NCBI GenBank assembly: GCA_964479875.1
Contig: CAYZNM010000016.1
Location: 412-64,411 of the forward strand
From: an uncultured Eubacteriales bacterium
GTDB lineage: Bacteria > Bacillota > Clostridia > Monoglobales > CAYZNM01
Length of the DNA stretch: 64,000 bases
Reading direction: 5' to 3'
The position numbers and the translations under genes were made by a program. The notes under the pieces were generated by a model, which did no database searches, was not told the DNA's origin, and saw only the letters and a program-made list of their open reading frames with translations. Below are positions 18,790-26,389 of the stretch, one piece after another (position 1 is the first letter of the stretch; every line of letters starts with the position of its first letter).

Positions 18790-19773
18790 TTAGAATGTAA
18801 CGATTTTGTTGTTTTTGTATGAAACATAGCTGTTTTCAAGCAGGCGTGTTAGGTCTACGCCGTCCTTCGGACCGAAGCCTTCGGGTGTGCCTGTTTTGTT
18901 TATGCACGCGTCAACAAATTGCAGCAGCGGCATGGGCAGTGCCTTTGGCAGCTTGGGCACGATGTAGCCTTCTGCGAATTTGTCTGTGTCCTTGGAGATG
19001 AACTTAACGTTGCCTGCGAATTCGTATAATGTAGCGTCAGAGCCGTAGATTTCTACTGCGCCGGGGGTGTTGTATGTGATGAAGCTTGTTTCGCAGGTTG
19101 CAACCGCGCCGCCCTCGAATTCGATTGAAGCTGTAGCGTGTTCGTCAACCTTTGTGCCGAATGGGCTTGTCATGATTGATGTAATTTTCTTCGGTGCGCC
19201 TAAGAGGTAGCACGCGGTGTACATCGGGTGGCAGCCTAAGTCCATGAGTGAGCCGCCGCCCGCTGTAGCTTCGTCGAACCAATATTCGGGCAGCCAGTTT
19301 CCGGATACGCCGTTGTGGCCGTTGCGGATACGGATTAAGCTGATTTTGCCGAATACGCCGTCGGCGATTGCTTTGCGTGCGAATTGGATTATGGACGAGC
19401 AGCGTTGCGGCAGGGAGATAACGAAGGTTACGCCGTTGTCCTCTACTGCCTTCTTGATTTTTTCTGCGCCTTCAACTGTTGTTGCCATTGCTTTTTCGGT
19501 GAATATGTGCTTCTTTGCGTTTGCAGCTTTAATCATTACTTCTTCGTGCTGAGAGGTCGGCGCGTCGCATACTACCGCGTCAACGTCAGGGCGAGCCAGA
19601 ATCTCGTCAAGGTTTGTGGAAAATGCCGCTCCAAGCTTTTCAGCCCACGGCTTACCCCTTGCTTCATCGTCGTCCCAAACTGCGGTGATTTTAACCTTGC
19701 CTGTAGACAGCAGCGTGTCGGCGTAGCCGTCGGCATGTACATGCCACCTGCTCAACATTGCAACATTTAACAT
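18790..19773 (-). CDS. Gfo/Idh/MocA family oxidoreductase
   Basis: HVHA, PTSQHEE, FTEKAMA and GGGSLMDLGCHPMY. Confidence 0.92.
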   Translation of the reverse strand: MLNVAMLSRWHVHADGYADTLLSTGKVKITAVWDDDEARGKPWAEKLGAAFSTNLDEILARPDVDAVVCDAPTSQHEEVMIKAANAKKHIFTEKAMATTVEGAEKIKKAVEDNGVTFVISLPQRCSSIIQFARKAIADGVFGKISLIRIRNGHNGVSGNWLPEYWFDEATAGGGSLMDLGCHPMYTACYLLGAPKKITSIMTSPFGTKVDEHATASIEFEGGAVATCETSFITYNTPGAVEIYGSDATLYEFAGNVKFISKDTDKFAEGYIVPKLPKALPMPLLQFVDACINKTGTPEGFGPKDGVDLTRLLENSYVSYKNNKIVTF

Positions 19774-19854
19774 AACTTACCTCCTTGGAATGAATCCAAA
19801 AATGATATATTTGTACGAAGTAGTTTCGTTGGATTAGCCTTGATATTTTACTAT

Positions 19855-19883
19855 ACTATATCACAACCAAATAAATATTGCAA
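19855..19883 (-). promoter_or_regulatory. sigmaA-type promoter of the Gfo/Idh/MocA pair
   Basis: TTGCAA, 17 bp, extended TG-N-TATAGT on the minus strand. Confidence 0.55.
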
Positions 19884-19913
19884 TAGTTTTTTATGATAAT
19901 TTACAAATATTTT

Positions 19914-20732
19914 TTATTTAACATCTTTAACATTTATGCCGCGTGAAGCTAGGTATTGCCTTGCTTTTTGCAGCTGCTCGCGGTCGTAGGAGGGGGTGTC
20001 CGCATATTTGTACGGCAATTGCAGTGCGTCATATTTGCTCGCTGCCATTGGGTGGAAGGGCATCAACTCGACATATTCTATATCAGGATAGTTCAGCAGT
20101 ATATCACTGAATTTAGAGAGTGATTCGGGCGAATCATTGAAGTTGGGGATTAGGGGTATGCGGATTATTATGTGCGCCTTGGCTTGATACAGCATGTCGA
20201 GGTTGCGGAGGATTAGGGAGTTGTCTGCGCCTGTGGCTTGCTTGTGCGCTGTTGGGTCGGGGGATTTGAGGTCGTATATGAATAGGTCGACGTGGGGGGT
20301 AAGCTTTTGCAGTATGTCGCTGCCTATGCAGCCGGAGGTTTCAACGGCGCGGTGAATGCCGCTGTCGCCTAGCATTGGCAATAATTGCTGCAATTCGTCG
20401 TGCCATAGCAATGGTTCGCCGCCGGAGAAGGTTACGCCGCCGCCCGACTGCGCATAGTACGCGGAATCGCGCAGCAGAAGTGAGTGTAGCTCCTCTGTTG
20501 AATAGTCACGTCCGACTACTGACAATGCTTCATTCGGACAAGCGCTCATGTCCTTTATGCAGCTTCCGCAGTTTGTGCATTTGTTCCTGTAAAATAATAC
20601 CACCGGCTCGTTGGGGATTGATTCGGGGTTGTGACACCACTCGCACGCTAGATTGCAGCCGCAGGTGAAAACGGTTGTGCGAATGCCGGGGCCGTCGTGG
20701 ATCGAGAAGCGTTGTACGTTGAAAACTTTCAT
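19914..20732 (-). CDS. Glycyl-radical enzyme activating protein (radical SAM)
   Basis: True start MKVFNVQRFSIHDGPGIRTTVF at 20732 (ATGA overlap with upstream gene). CxxxCxxC (CNLACEWCHNPES), short ferredoxin-like insert, GGVTFSGGEP and VETSG. Confidence 0.92.
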   Translation of the reverse strand: MKVFNVQRFSIHDGPGIRTTVFTCGCNLACEWCHNPESIPNEPVVLFYRNKCTNCGSCIKDMSACPNEALSVVGRDYSTEELHSLLLRDSAYYAQSGGGVTFSGGEPLLWHDELQQLLPMLGDSGIHRAVETSGCIGSDILQKLTPHVDLFIYDLKSPDPTAHKQATGADNSLILRNLDMLYQAKAHIIIRIPLIPNFNDSPESLSKFSDILLNYPDIEYVELMPFHPMAASKYDALQLPYKYADTPSYDREQLQKARQYLASRGINVKDVK

Positions 20733-21439
20733 GCGTCGCCTGCTGCCGCTTTGTCGAGGAATATCTCGGCTTGCGGAAGATTGCGCACAAGGCTTGCGGG
20801 AATCTGCGGCGTTATGTCGCCGTATGCGAATTTTTGCGCGATTTCGCACTTGTTTGTGCCTGTGCATTGCACGATGATTCGGCGTGACGCGAATAAGTCT
20901 TTGAAGCCGAGGGTGATTCCGCGGCTTACTTCGATTTGCTTGCCGAAGTATTTTTGGCTTGCGTTGACGCTTGCGCCGTCGAGGGTGCGGATGTGGCTGC
21001 GGCTTTCTAGGCTTGCGCCGGGTTCATTGAAGCCTAGGTGTCCGTTCATGCCTACGCCGAGGATTGTTAGGTCGATGCCTCCGTGGTTGTCCAGGAATGC
21101 GTCGGCAAGTCGGCATTGCTCGTCTAGGTCGGCGGATTTTCCGTCGAAAAAGAAGTAATGCTCCTGTGGTATCGCCAATGGTTTTAGTAAGCGGCTGCCG
21201 ATGAAGGCTATGCAGCTGCCCGAATCTTCTTCGGCGTAGCCGACCCATTCGTCTAATCCTGCCACTTTTACGCGGCTGCAATCCACTCCGCGCAGCATTT
21301 CTACCAAATAATCCAGTGTTTCAATCTGCGTATGCCCTGCCGCGACGCATATCATGCAATCGGGCTTTGACTTAATTGTGTCCGCGATAACCTCTGCGGT
21401 CGCCTTGCTCATCTCGTCGTGCGTATCAAATATTCGCAT
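20729..21439 (-). CDS. Glucosamine-6-phosphate deaminase/6-phosphogluconolactonase family protein (NagB-like)
   Basis: LDEWVG and LGVGMNGHLGFNEPG motifs, ITLGFKDLF, PASL. Confidence 0.85.
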   Translation of the reverse strand: MRIFDTHDEMSKATAEVIADTIKSKPDCMICVAAGHTQIETLDYLVEMLRGVDCSRVKVAGLDEWVGYAEEDSGSCIAFIGSRLLKPLAIPQEHYFFFDGKSADLDEQCRLADAFLDNHGGIDLTILGVGMNGHLGFNEPGASLESRSHIRTLDGASVNASQKYFGKQIEVSRGITLGFKDLFASRRIIVQCTGTNKCEIAQKFAYGDITPQIPASLVRNLPQAEIFLDKAAAGDA

Positions 21440-21454
21440 ATTGCTTCTCCTTTA

Positions 21455-21790
21455 TTAAATGTCGCCTTCTTTTCTCACTTGCGATTTAACTGCGCAAAAG
21501 CCTTCGGGGTATCTCGCTTTCAATTTATCGATGTTGTCCTGAAATATTTGCTCGAGCGAAAGGTCGAGAGCAGTGGCAGTTTCGGCAAGATACCAAGCGA
21601 TGTCGCCAAGCTCCTTTGCCAAATGCTCCCTGTTAAGCTCATGCCCTTGCGCAAGCCACTTTTTAACTATGTCTATCGCCTCGCCGGACTCGCCGCACAA
21701 GCCCATGACGCCGTTGATAATCATATCCTTTTCGCTTAAATCGCGGTTTGCGGTAGTCATTGCCAATCTTTGGTATTCATTTATTGTCAT
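21455..21790 (-). CDS. MazG-like nucleoside triphosphate pyrophosphohydrolase
   Basis: Real start MTINEYQ at 21790; GLCGESGE...K....GH and ELGDIAWY...NIDKLKARYPEGF. Confidence 0.88.
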   Translation of the reverse strand: MTINEYQRLAMTTANRDLSEKDMIINGVMGLCGESGEAIDIVKKWLAQGHELNREHLAKELGDIAWYLAETATALDLSLEQIFQDNIDKLKARYPEGFCAVKSQVRKEGDI

Positions 21791-21938
21791 ATTTTCTCCT
21801 TTGTAATACGCGTTTCTTCGTATATTATATCTCATATCTCGACTATTTTCAACAACAACAATTTTACATGCGTGGTGCGCAAGATTCTGCTTGTGTTGTG
21901 TGCAAAATAATGCTATCATTGGAAGAGAGGTGATAATT

Positions 21939-22934
21939 GTGACATCTAAAGAACGAATATACGCGCGGCTGCGCGGCGAAAAGGTTGATAAAATTCCAAA
22001 CCTTTGCATAATTATGCAGTTCGCGGCACAAGAATACGGCGTGCCTTATGGTACTTATGTAACAGACTACAAAGTTTTAGCGGCGGCAGCATACGAATGC
22101 TGTGAAAAGTATGGAATAGACTTACTTTGTGCAATCTCCGACCCTATGCGTGAAGCGGAGGGCTTCGGCGCGAAGGTTGTAATTCCGGAAAATGGCGTGC
22201 CGTACGCGGCAGAGCCGCTCATTAAAGAGCTAGCAGACATTGCCAAGCTGCGCGTAATCGACCCAATAAATGGGCGGCGCATGAATGATAGGCTGGAAGC
22301 GGTGCGGCTGCTATGCGAAAAATCCGCAGGGCAGCACAGCGTCTGCGGTTGGGTAGAGGGCGCACTCGCCGAAAGCTGCGACTTGCGCGACTTGAACAAT
22401 CTATTCATCGACATATGCGACGAGCCAGAAACCGTACACCAATTGCTGGAAATATGCACGCAGCAATCGATACTGTTCGCGCAAGCGCAAATCGCGGCAG
22501 GCGCGGATATGGTTGGAATAGGCGACGCGGCAGCTTCTCTGATAGGGCCTGCGCTGTATGAGGAATTTGCGTTCCCCTACGAAAAGCGTATCGTCGACGC
22601 GATTCATGCAGCGGGTGCAATCGCAAAGCTGCACATCTGCGGCAACATCGAGCCGATACTGCCGCTGGTTGCGCAAACAGGCGCGGACATAGTGGATTGC
22701 GACCACATGGTGCCGCTGTCGAAAGCCGCTGCAATCTGCAAAGGCAGCATAAGTGGCAACTTCGACCCTGTCGAAATTCTGCTGCACGGAAGTGCCGACA
22801 CTGTACGCTCTGCCGTACGCGACTGCATTTCCCAAGGCAACGACCGCATCATGGTTGCCGCAGGCTGCGAAGTGCCGATTGGCACGCCGCCCGAAAATAT
22901 GCGCGAAGTCAACGCGCAATGCACAATAAATTAA
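21939..22934 (+). CDS. URO-D/MtaA-CmuA family methylcobamide methyltransferase-like protein
   Basis: GTG start after GAGAGG; SDPMREAEGFG, LHICGN, GNFDP..LL.G and AAGCEVP..TP.EN. Confidence 0.85.
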   Translation: MTSKERIYARLRGEKVDKIPNLCIIMQFAAQEYGVPYGTYVTDYKVLAAAAYECCEKYGIDLLCAISDPMREAEGFGAKVVIPENGVPYAAEPLIKELADIAKLRVIDPINGRRMNDRLEAVRLLCEKSAGQHSVCGWVEGALAESCDLRDLNNLFIDICDEPETVHQLLEICTQQSILFAQAQIAAGADMVGIGDAAASLIGPALYEEFAFPYEKRIVDAIHAAGAIAKLHICGNIEPILPLVAQTGADIVDCDHMVPLSKAAAICKGSISGNFDPVEILLHGSADTVRSAVRDCISQGNDRIMVAAGCEVPIGTPPENMREVNAQCTIN

Positions 22935-22958
22935 GAAACGCCAACGGCGTTTCTTTTT
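22933..22958. terminator. Bidirectional terminator between convergent genes
   Basis: AAGAAACGCC-AAC-GGCGTTTCTT followed by T residues. Confidence 0.75.
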
Positions 22959-23553
22959 ATTTGTTCAGCTTTTGGCATAGTGATGAGATGCTAGCTTTTG
23001 CATTTGACATTTCGGCTGCGATGTCGTTGGTGGAGAAGTCGAGGCGTTCTGCCGCGATGAAGTGTTTTTCTGGTATGCCGAACATGTCGCATATGCCGCA
23101 GATGTAGTCGTAGCCTAGGTTGTAGTTGCCGATTATGCCGCCTGCTGTGGTTATGTAAACCAATCGCTCGGCGTTGGAGTTGCCGCGAATGCCGCTGTCG
23201 TCGAAATTGAATGTTATTCCGTTGACGCAAACAGCTTCGATGTATGCTTTCAATTGCGCAGGGAAGGATAAATCCCAATAGGGTGCACCTATGACTATCA
23301 TGTCGGCGTCGGCAAATTGACGCGACAATGCAAATGCGGGTGATTGCAGCCCCTCCGCTTCCGCTATTTTATCGCGTTGCTCCAGTGTGTGCTTGTCCAG
23401 GGGTGCGATTTTTTGTTCGGTTAAGTCAACCTCGCACAGCTCATACTCATCATTTACGCTCATAAATTCATCTAGGAAAGTGCGGCACAGTTCGTATGTG
23501 CGCGACACCTCGCGTCCGCGTATGCACGCGTTTACAAACAACAGTTTCTTCAT
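22957..23553 (-). CDS. FMN-dependent NADH-azoreductase/flavodoxin-like (AzoR/AcpD family)
   Basis: LLFVNACIR...SRT, F.DAD.IVIGAPYWDLSFPAQLKAYIE and YITTAGG. Confidence 0.88.
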   Translation of the reverse strand: MKKLLFVNACIRGREVSRTYELCRTFLDEFMSVNDEYELCEVDLTEQKIAPLDKHTLEQRDKIAEAEGLQSPAFALSRQFADADMIVIGAPYWDLSFPAQLKAYIEAVCVNGITFNFDDSGIRGNSNAERLVYITTAGGIIGNYNLGYDYICGICDMFGIPEKHFIAAERLDFSTNDIAAEMSNAKASISSLCQKLNK

Positions 23554-23584
23554 GTAATACCTCCGTTTTCCTCATTATAACACA

Positions 23585-23618
23585 AAAACAGGCATTGTCA
23601 AGGTGCAATGCCTGTTTT
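23585..23618 (-). terminator. Terminator of the glycan operon, overlapping the -35 of the azoreductase promoter
   Basis: AAAACAGGCATTG-N8-CAATGCCTGTTTT. TTGACA (23601-23596) and TATAAT (23579-23574) with a 16-bp spacer. Confidence 0.65.
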
Positions 23619-23629
23619 GATTTGGGCAA

Positions 23630-24535
23630 TCAGTCTTTTTGGTAAACTCTTACATATTCTATTTCCATGAGGTAGGGGAGCATTGCGTCGTCGATTTCGC
23701 CGCCCCAGTTGCCGCCCACTGCTATGTTTAGGATTAGGTAGAAGGGTTTGTCGAACGGCCAGCCACCTACGCCTATGTCGGAGCCGTCTACGCCTTTGGT
23801 GAAGCGTTTTACTGCTCTGCCGTCGTAGAAAAACTCGATGTATTCGGGCGTCCACTCGAATGAGTATTCGTGCGCGGTGTCGAATACGTCGGTGAGACGC
23901 TCGAAGTATGTGCGCTGCGTGCCTTTTATATGATTGTAGAGGGAGGTGTGTAGGCTCACGTGTACCATATTTTCGTCTTTGCCTACATGCTCCATTATGT
24001 CGATTTCGCCGCATAACGGCCACGGCGTTGGTGTTTCACTGCGAATGTCATCGGGTAGCATCCATATTGCAGGCCATGTGCCTTTGCCTTTGGGGAGCTT
24101 TGCTTTAATCTCGAATTTGCCGTATTTCCATGATTGACGCTCGAAGGTGGTAAGGCGTGCAGAGGTGTAGTTTTTGCCTTCTTTTTCTTCCTTGATTGCT
24201 TTGATGAACAGGCTTCCGTCTTTCACGTAGGCGTTGGCTTCTTCGTCTGTGTAGTATTGGCTCTCGTTGTTGCCCCAGCCGTGGCCGCCTATGTCATAGT
24301 TCCATTTTGTTGGGTCGGGCTTTCCTTCGTAGTCGAACTCATCAGACCACACTAATTTGTATTCGCTCATTAAATCCTCCTGTGGCTCGTCGCCTTCATT
24401 TATAATTTCCTCCGACGCAGGTTCTTCCTCCTGCGGCGTTTGTTCCGGGTTTAATTCCTCTTTCGGAGATACATCGGCTTTGCAGCCGCATAACATCGCG
24501 GCGCAAACAATTCCCATGATTAAATACCTCAACAT
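23630..24535 (-). CDS. GH16 beta-glucanase (laminarinase-like) lipoprotein
   Basis: Real start MLRYLIMGIVCAAMLCGC (lipobox), acidic linker, LVWSDEFD, WPAIWMLP, catalytic EIDIME and PFYLILN.AVGG.WGG. Confidence 0.92.
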   Translation of the reverse strand: MLRYLIMGIVCAAMLCGCKADVSPKEELNPEQTPQEEEPASEEIINEGDEPQEDLMSEYKLVWSDEFDYEGKPDPTKWNYDIGGHGWGNNESQYYTDEEANAYVKDGSLFIKAIKEEKEGKNYTSARLTTFERQSWKYGKFEIKAKLPKGKGTWPAIWMLPDDIRSETPTPWPLCGEIDIMEHVGKDENMVHVSLHTSLYNHIKGTQRTYFERLTDVFDTAHEYSFEWTPEYIEFFYDGRAVKRFTKGVDGSDIGVGGWPFDKPFYLILNIAVGGNWGGEIDDAMLPYLMEIEYVRVYQKD

Positions 24536-24585
24536 TGTCACCTCCGCGATTTGTGCAGAATCAGCGGAACGCATAAATGCGTTCC

Positions 24586-25521
24586 CTATTCGCCTGTTAT
24601 TCCTGCCGATTCTATGCCTTCTACAAAGAATTTTTGCAGAATCAGGTACAGTACAACCAATGGCGTAATCGTCAGGATTGTTCCTGCCATACGTATGCTT
24701 TCGTTTATGCGATTGGCTTCGCTGCCTTCGGATGCGGGGTACATCTTGGTGAACTCCGCTACGAAGCCTTGCAGGCGCAGCGGCAGCGTCGTTATCGCAT
24801 TGCCTACATACATAGAGAGCTGCGAGGTTTCGTTCCAGTACCACACGAATGAGAATAGTATCGACACAACTATTGTCGGAACTGCCATAGGCAGTGCTAT
24901 GCGGAAGAATATGCGTGCGCGGGAAGCTCCGTCGATTTCTGCGGCTTCGTCCAGCGACTTCGGGTATGTCTTAAAGTATGAGAAGAATATGAAGATGAAG
25001 ATTGTGCTTTTGATTCCCTGACCCAATATCGCAGGCAGGTGAATTATAAGCGGATTGCCGATTAAGCCGTAGCTGTTGTACAGCAAATACTTGGGCACGA
25101 GCATAACGGGCGTGGGCACTAAGAATGCGGCAAGTGCCATTACGAACCAGAAGTTTTTAAGCGGGAACTCGAAGCGTCCGAATGCGTAGCCTGCCAGCGC
25201 GGCTGTCATCGTTTGCGTGATGGTTGGCAATACAACGTAGCTAACTGTCGCGATCAGTGTTGAAAAGTAGGCGAGTACGTTGAATGCCTTGGTGTAGTTG
25301 CCGGTGTAAAACTGCGTCGGCACCCAATCCACGGTCGGGTTTATTAAGTCTGCCGTGTCCATGAATGAGTTTACAAGCATATACAGTACAGGGTAAACGT
25401 ACGCAAAGCCAATGCCTAGCAGTACGGCGTATATCACAAGCTTGAATATCAAGCCGCCGTTTTTGCCTTTACCCGAAACGGCAAGCTTCTTAACCTTGTC
25501 AAGAATAATCCCAGTTGTCAT
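24586..25521 (-). CDS. Carbohydrate ABC transporter permease
   Basis: EAA motif LDEAAEIDGAS; six hydrophobic segments. Confidence 0.93.
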   Translation of the reverse strand: MTTGIILDKVKKLAVSGKGKNGGLIFKLVIYAVLLGIGFAYVYPVLYMLVNSFMDTADLINPTVDWVPTQFYTGNYTKAFNVLAYFSTLIATVSYVVLPTITQTMTAALAGYAFGRFEFPLKNFWFVMALAAFLVPTPVMLVPKYLLYNSYGLIGNPLIIHLPAILGQGIKSTIFIFIFFSYFKTYPKSLDEAAEIDGASRARIFFRIALPMAVPTIVVSILFSFVWYWNETSQLSMYVGNAITTLPLRLQGFVAEFTKMYPASEGSEANRINESIRMAGTILTITPLVVLYLILQKFFVEGIESAGITGE

Positions 25522-26387
25522 TTTATCCTCACCTTCTTATCCTTGAGCAGCAGGAAGGCGACGCCGATTACTGCAAGCACAAAGAGGAAATAAATCCATG
25601 CCATCGCCGATGAGTAGCTGTAGACCTTGCCTACAAGCGTCATCTTCTTTGTTATCTCTGTGTTGATTTCGTTGTTGGAGAAGCTTGCAAGCTCCGCAAG
25701 GGTGTATATTGTGTTGATGAGTATCAGTGGCTTGATAAAGGGCAGGATTATCTTCCAGAATATTTGCCAGCCGCCTGCGCCGTCGATCGACGCGGCTTCG
25801 TATATGCTGCCGCCGATTTTCTGCAAGCCTGACAGGTATATCAATATCTGCACACCGGAGAACCATAGTATCAGCACGAGGTTGTCGAACACGAATATCA
25901 GTGCGTCTGATAAAAGATTCGGCGGCAAGTTTTTCAAAAATTGGTACACCATGTACTTGCCCGGAATAATAATCGATGTCGCGTTGTTCTGTATAAGCTC
26001 ATTGATAACAGGGCCGCTTATGATTATTACAGGGAAGAAGAATATCGCACGGAAGAATGTCTTGCCGTGGAATTTTTGATTTAGCATGATTGCGATTATC
26101 AGCGAGGATATGACAATCATCGGCGTCGACAGCACTACGAATTGCAGCGAATTGATCAAGCTCACGCTGAAGGTTGTGTCCACGCGGAATGCCTCGTAGT
26201 ACCACTGCAAGCCTACAAAGTCATACTCAATTCCCGTCGGCGACAGCGTGAGGTTGTTAAGGCTTATAAATATCGAAAAGACGAAGGGGTACAGCGTGAA
26301 CACAAAGAATCCAATCAGCCACGGCAGCAAAAAGAGGTAGCCGGACAATGCGTTGCGCGCTTTAATCGTGAGGGATTTTTGCTTCAT
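25518..26387 (-). CDS. Sugar ABC transporter permease
   Basis: YEAASIDGAG.WQIFWKI.LP motif. Confidence 0.93.
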   Translation of the reverse strand: MKQKSLTIKARNALSGYLFLLPWLIGFFVFTLYPFVFSIFISLNNLTLSPTGIEYDFVGLQWYYEAFRVDTTFSVSLINSLQFVVLSTPMIVISSLIIAIMLNQKFHGKTFFRAIFFFPVIIISGPVINELIQNNATSIIIPGKYMVYQFLKNLPPNLLSDALIFVFDNLVLILWFSGVQILIYLSGLQKIGGSIYEAASIDGAGGWQIFWKIILPFIKPLILINTIYTLAELASFSNNEINTEITKKMTLVGKVYSYSSAMAWIYFLFVLAVIGVAFLLLKDKKVRIK

Positions 26388-26389
26388 TG

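Noticed and set aside
14488-22934. Heme biosynthesis (HemE) assignment for the URO-D genes
   Set aside because: No other hem genes nearby, and the motifs fit the methyltransferase-like branch of the family.
19914-24844. Long N-terminal extensions in ORF-track calls (19914..20867, 21455..22009, 21891..22934, 23630..24844; similarly 52185..53582, 56770..57690, 60818..61861)
   Set aside because: The extensions overlap neighbouring genes or promoters and lack family similarity. Downstream starts with an RBS, lipobox or ATGA coupling were chosen instead.
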